DNA of 64,000 nucleotides from an uncultured virus (IMG/VR IMGVR_UViG_3300021256_003716) (Duplodnaviria; Heunggongvirae; Uroviricota; Caudoviricetes), in IMG/VR virus record IMGVR_UViG_3300021256_003716, one strand, 5' to 3'. Each line of letters begins with the position of its first letter. Positions within the stretch are counted from its first letter, which is position 1. The notes beneath the pieces are model-generated. The model saw only the letters and a program-made list of their open reading frames with translations, made no database searches and was not told the origin of the DNA. Made by a program: the position numbers and the translations under genes. Positions 60,683 to 64,000 of this stretch are shown here, piece after piece.

Positions 60683-61020
60683 ATGAAAAAGATTTTGTGG
60701 TTAGACGATTTTAGAGACCCAAAATATTTTTGTACTCTCGCTCCCTGAATAATCAATATAAAATTATTTGGGTAAAAAGCTATAAAGAATTTTGTGATAA
60801 TATAATTGAATGTGGCTTGCCCGATATTATATGTTTTGACCATGATTTAGGTGAAGAAAAAACGGGTTATGATTGTGCAAAGTTTGTTGTTAGCTATTGC
60901 CAAGAGCATAATTTAGATATTCCAAAATTTGATATTCAAAGTTCAAATATTGTTGGAAAAGAAAATATAAGAAGTGTGCTGTTTAGTTGGCATAAGTTTT
61001 TTATGGAGAATATAGTATGA
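60683..61020 (+). CDS. Cyclic-phosphate-processing receiver-domain protein split by a -1 frameshift
   Basis: MKKILWLDDFRDP in one frame; WVKSY..IICFDHDLGEEKTGYD..IQSSN..G in the -1 frame. Confidence 0.7.
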
Positions 61021-63795
61021 ATGTAGGCGCATTGATTGGTCTTGAATCTTATAGAGAGAGCCAGTTTGAATCTATAGCTGCTAAAATTTTCAGATGTGAT
61101 GAAGAGGACGCAATTACATACGAATCAGAAGGTACTGTAATTCTTGACTTAGGATATACACCCTTCTTAAAAGGTGATATTAAACCTGTTATCGGTACAA
61201 ATCTGGAAAAGCCATTTTTTGATTATATAAAAGATAAATATCATTGTATGGTGTCTATTTGTGGTAAGTCTAGCAGGTATTCAGACTATGTTAAACTTAA
61301 AATTCAAAAGTTTGATCCAAATAAAATAAATCTTGTTAAGGGGTAGCTTTATGAAGATAAGAATAAAACGTAAATTATGCGCAAGAAAACGTGCACGGTA
61401 TACAGTAATAACTTTACTCGCATATTTTTTTGAAAATGTACCATATAAAACTGATATAAATAGACCAAATCATAGAATATATACACCACGAGATATGTCG
61501 GACATTGCTGATTTTGAAAAAATAGAATCAAAACATGTTTTAGACGAATGTAAAAGATTATATGGTCATAAAATGAGAGACTTTTTGAAAGCTATTATTA
61601 AAGCGAGTACATAAGAGGTAGCAAATGTCAACCCCAATGCAAGAATTGCCACAAAGAATAAAATGTGCTATGAAGTATATGGAAAATCCTATGGATTTAG
61701 CATATCAGCAATGGTTACTTGCTTACAAGTTTTCTGTATTAGAAGAAACTTTAGGAAATAATAATTTTGATATTAGAGTTCTTTTTGATAAAGATGCTGG
61801 ACAATATACTTTTGATATGTATTATAAGTATTTTCCATATCCGATGACAAATTTTATTAAAACATTTAACTGTACTGAAAAAGGCGTTAGAGAAGCGATT
61901 AAATATTGTAAAAAATTGGATGAAGATAATAATATAAGGCCTAAAACACAGAATGTTGATAATATATTAGATATACTTACAAAAGTATGCGATGAGCTAG
62001 CAGAGCAGAATAGGGCTATAAATTATTTCAATTAAGGAGAAAATAATGTCTGAAGAAAATGTAAAATATGCCGAGGAAAACTTTAATACTGAATTGGTAC
62101 CATGGACAAGAGACTATGATTGGAAAAAGATTAAGTCTTTATATGGAAATCCTAAATATAAAATCAGAATTTATAAAAGTTCATCTTTTAAGCAGCATGT
62201 AATTGATTTTATTTTTGATTATAGTGATGCTGATCTTGAACGCTTAAAAGATAAACTGACAATTAATGGTAAGTACTTTGAATGTACCGAAGAAGGTGTT
62301 AAGGACGCAGTTACTTATTGCGCTGGTTTAGACAGAAATGCTGTAAAAAATAAAAAGAAAAAAGTTTATGTTTTGGGCAGAAAGCATAAACAGTTTTATA
62401 TTACTTTTAATGGTAATAAATTTGAAATAAAGCCTTATGATGAAAATCTTGAATCTATGGAAATGCTTAAAATAATGATTGGTGAACATTATTTGTATAG
62501 TGGTACTTATGCAGAATGTGCTGCTTTTAAGAGGGGATATGAGCATGGTTATAGTATTATGAAAATGTATCTAAAAAGCGTTTTTGAAAAGAACATAAGT
62601 ATGGACTTTACGGAGTAATAAATGTTAGAAGGCATTTGTGACGAAAAAACTTGGAAAAGAGCTATAAATAATAGTGGTTTTGGAAAGCCTAAAGAAGGTT
62701 GTCCAGATTTAGAAGTTGAAAAGCTTCATATGAGGCCTCTTGTAGAGGTCCCATTTAGTTTTAAACACCCTGTTTGCTCTATTATAATAAATACTCAGAT
62801 AAGAGAGATAAATAATAATATCTATAACTTAAAGTCAAAATACTTGGAGAAAGATGTAAATCTTATGTCTGAGGTATATTATGGCAAAACTGACATTAGT
62901 AATATAAGTTATTGTTCTGATATTGCATTTGATTATATGCATAAATTTAATTCTGATGTAGCAAAAATAGAAGTATCAAAAGAAAAACTACGGGTATATA
63001 TTCTATCGAAGTTAGGAGAGGATTGGCTACCGAAAGAAGCTTAAGTGGGCTTGTTAGTATATTTAATATGAAAAGAAAGTATTATATTTTAAGAACCTGG
63101 ACGTATGATTCTAAAGAGCCAGAAACGCCGGTAGAACAAAAAATTGTACATCCAACCAATTTGAGTGTTTATGTAGCAAAACCTATGTTTAAGGACAATC
63201 CAATTCCTTATATTACTACATCCCGCTTAAGTGCTTGGAAATTTTCTTCAAAAAAAGAAGCTAAAAAATGGGCTCGTTTTTATGGAAGTTGTCAAATAGA
63301 CTGCTATTGGGAAATGTCAGAGAGTAGATTATTGGAAATGGGTAAATGGAATATAGTATAGAAAAACCCTGGCAAGTAATGAATAAAGGTCCAGATCATA
63401 TGGTAGAAAATATAATAGAAATATTTTATTATACTCATAAATTTGAGCCTGTAGTTGAATTAGATACAAAGTATTTTAATGGACTACAAATTTATATGCC
63501 AAGATTTTTTGAAGGAAGAACTCTAATAGGTATTGGTGATAAAATTTATGCATTGAGGAAAGTATAAATGGATAAATTAGAACCTGATTATAAAACTGAA
63601 GAAAATAAAAAAGTAATAGAAACTATTATGAAGATTTTACCACTTGATGATATTAGTATTATCCCAGGCCCAAATGATATTATATCAACAGAAGAACAAA
63701 TAAAGGGTCTAAGAGAATTATATAAAATTCAAACGTGTCTTAACGAATCGAGGAGACAAAAATGTTTGGAAAAACAAGAAGAATCAAAGAATTAG
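61017..63795 (+). CDS. Run of small hypothetical ORFs (starts 61017, 61351, 61625, 62046, 62622, 63068, 63346, 63568)
   Basis: ORF track, tandem and co-oriented. Confidence 0.6.
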
Positions 63796-64000
63796 AAAAA
63801 GAAGTAGAAAAACTTAAGTTTTGGGAAGATCAAGGACAAAAGCTCGCTAGAAAAAATTGTGAGCTTGATGATGAAATTGAATATAGAGATATACAAATAA
63901 ATAAGCTTCATGATACTTTAATGAAAGTGTATAGAATGCCAGGAATTAAAAAAGAAATTCTTAGTGAAATAGAAGAAGTTTTGAATTTAAATCCAGAAGG

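Noticed and set aside
1..64000. Stop-codon recoding, as seen in some jumbo phages
   Set aside because: Known proteins are intact in code 11, TAG and TGA end genes normally, and I found no CTA/TCA suppressor tRNA.

Overview
AT-rich window of a large (jumbo-type) phage genome using the standard genetic code. The EF-Ts sequence suggests, by inference only, a Treponema-like host. It carries about 40 tRNA or tRNA-like genes in several arrays, mostly without encoded CCA, interleaved with structured ncRNAs: a GOLLD-like RNA with an embedded tRNA, a ROOL-like RNA, six Y-RNA (YrlA)-like repeats and several unexplained RNAs. Recognisable proteins include EF-Ts, RtcB, a YebC N-terminal fragment, PncB, FabD, an AccD-AccA fusion, SLOG proteins, ATPases, free-standing endonucleases and many small hypotheticals. 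The main finding is five unannotated 30-42 aa leader ORFs, each followed by an antiterminator/terminator switch placed upstream of tRNA genes. In each leader the control codons match the anticodons of the downstream tRNAs, in one case down to isoacceptor level. This looks like ribosome-mediated transcription attenuation that turns on phage tRNA arrays (and rtcB) when the matching host tRNAs are depleted or cleaved. All structures were read by eye and no folding or database searches were run.
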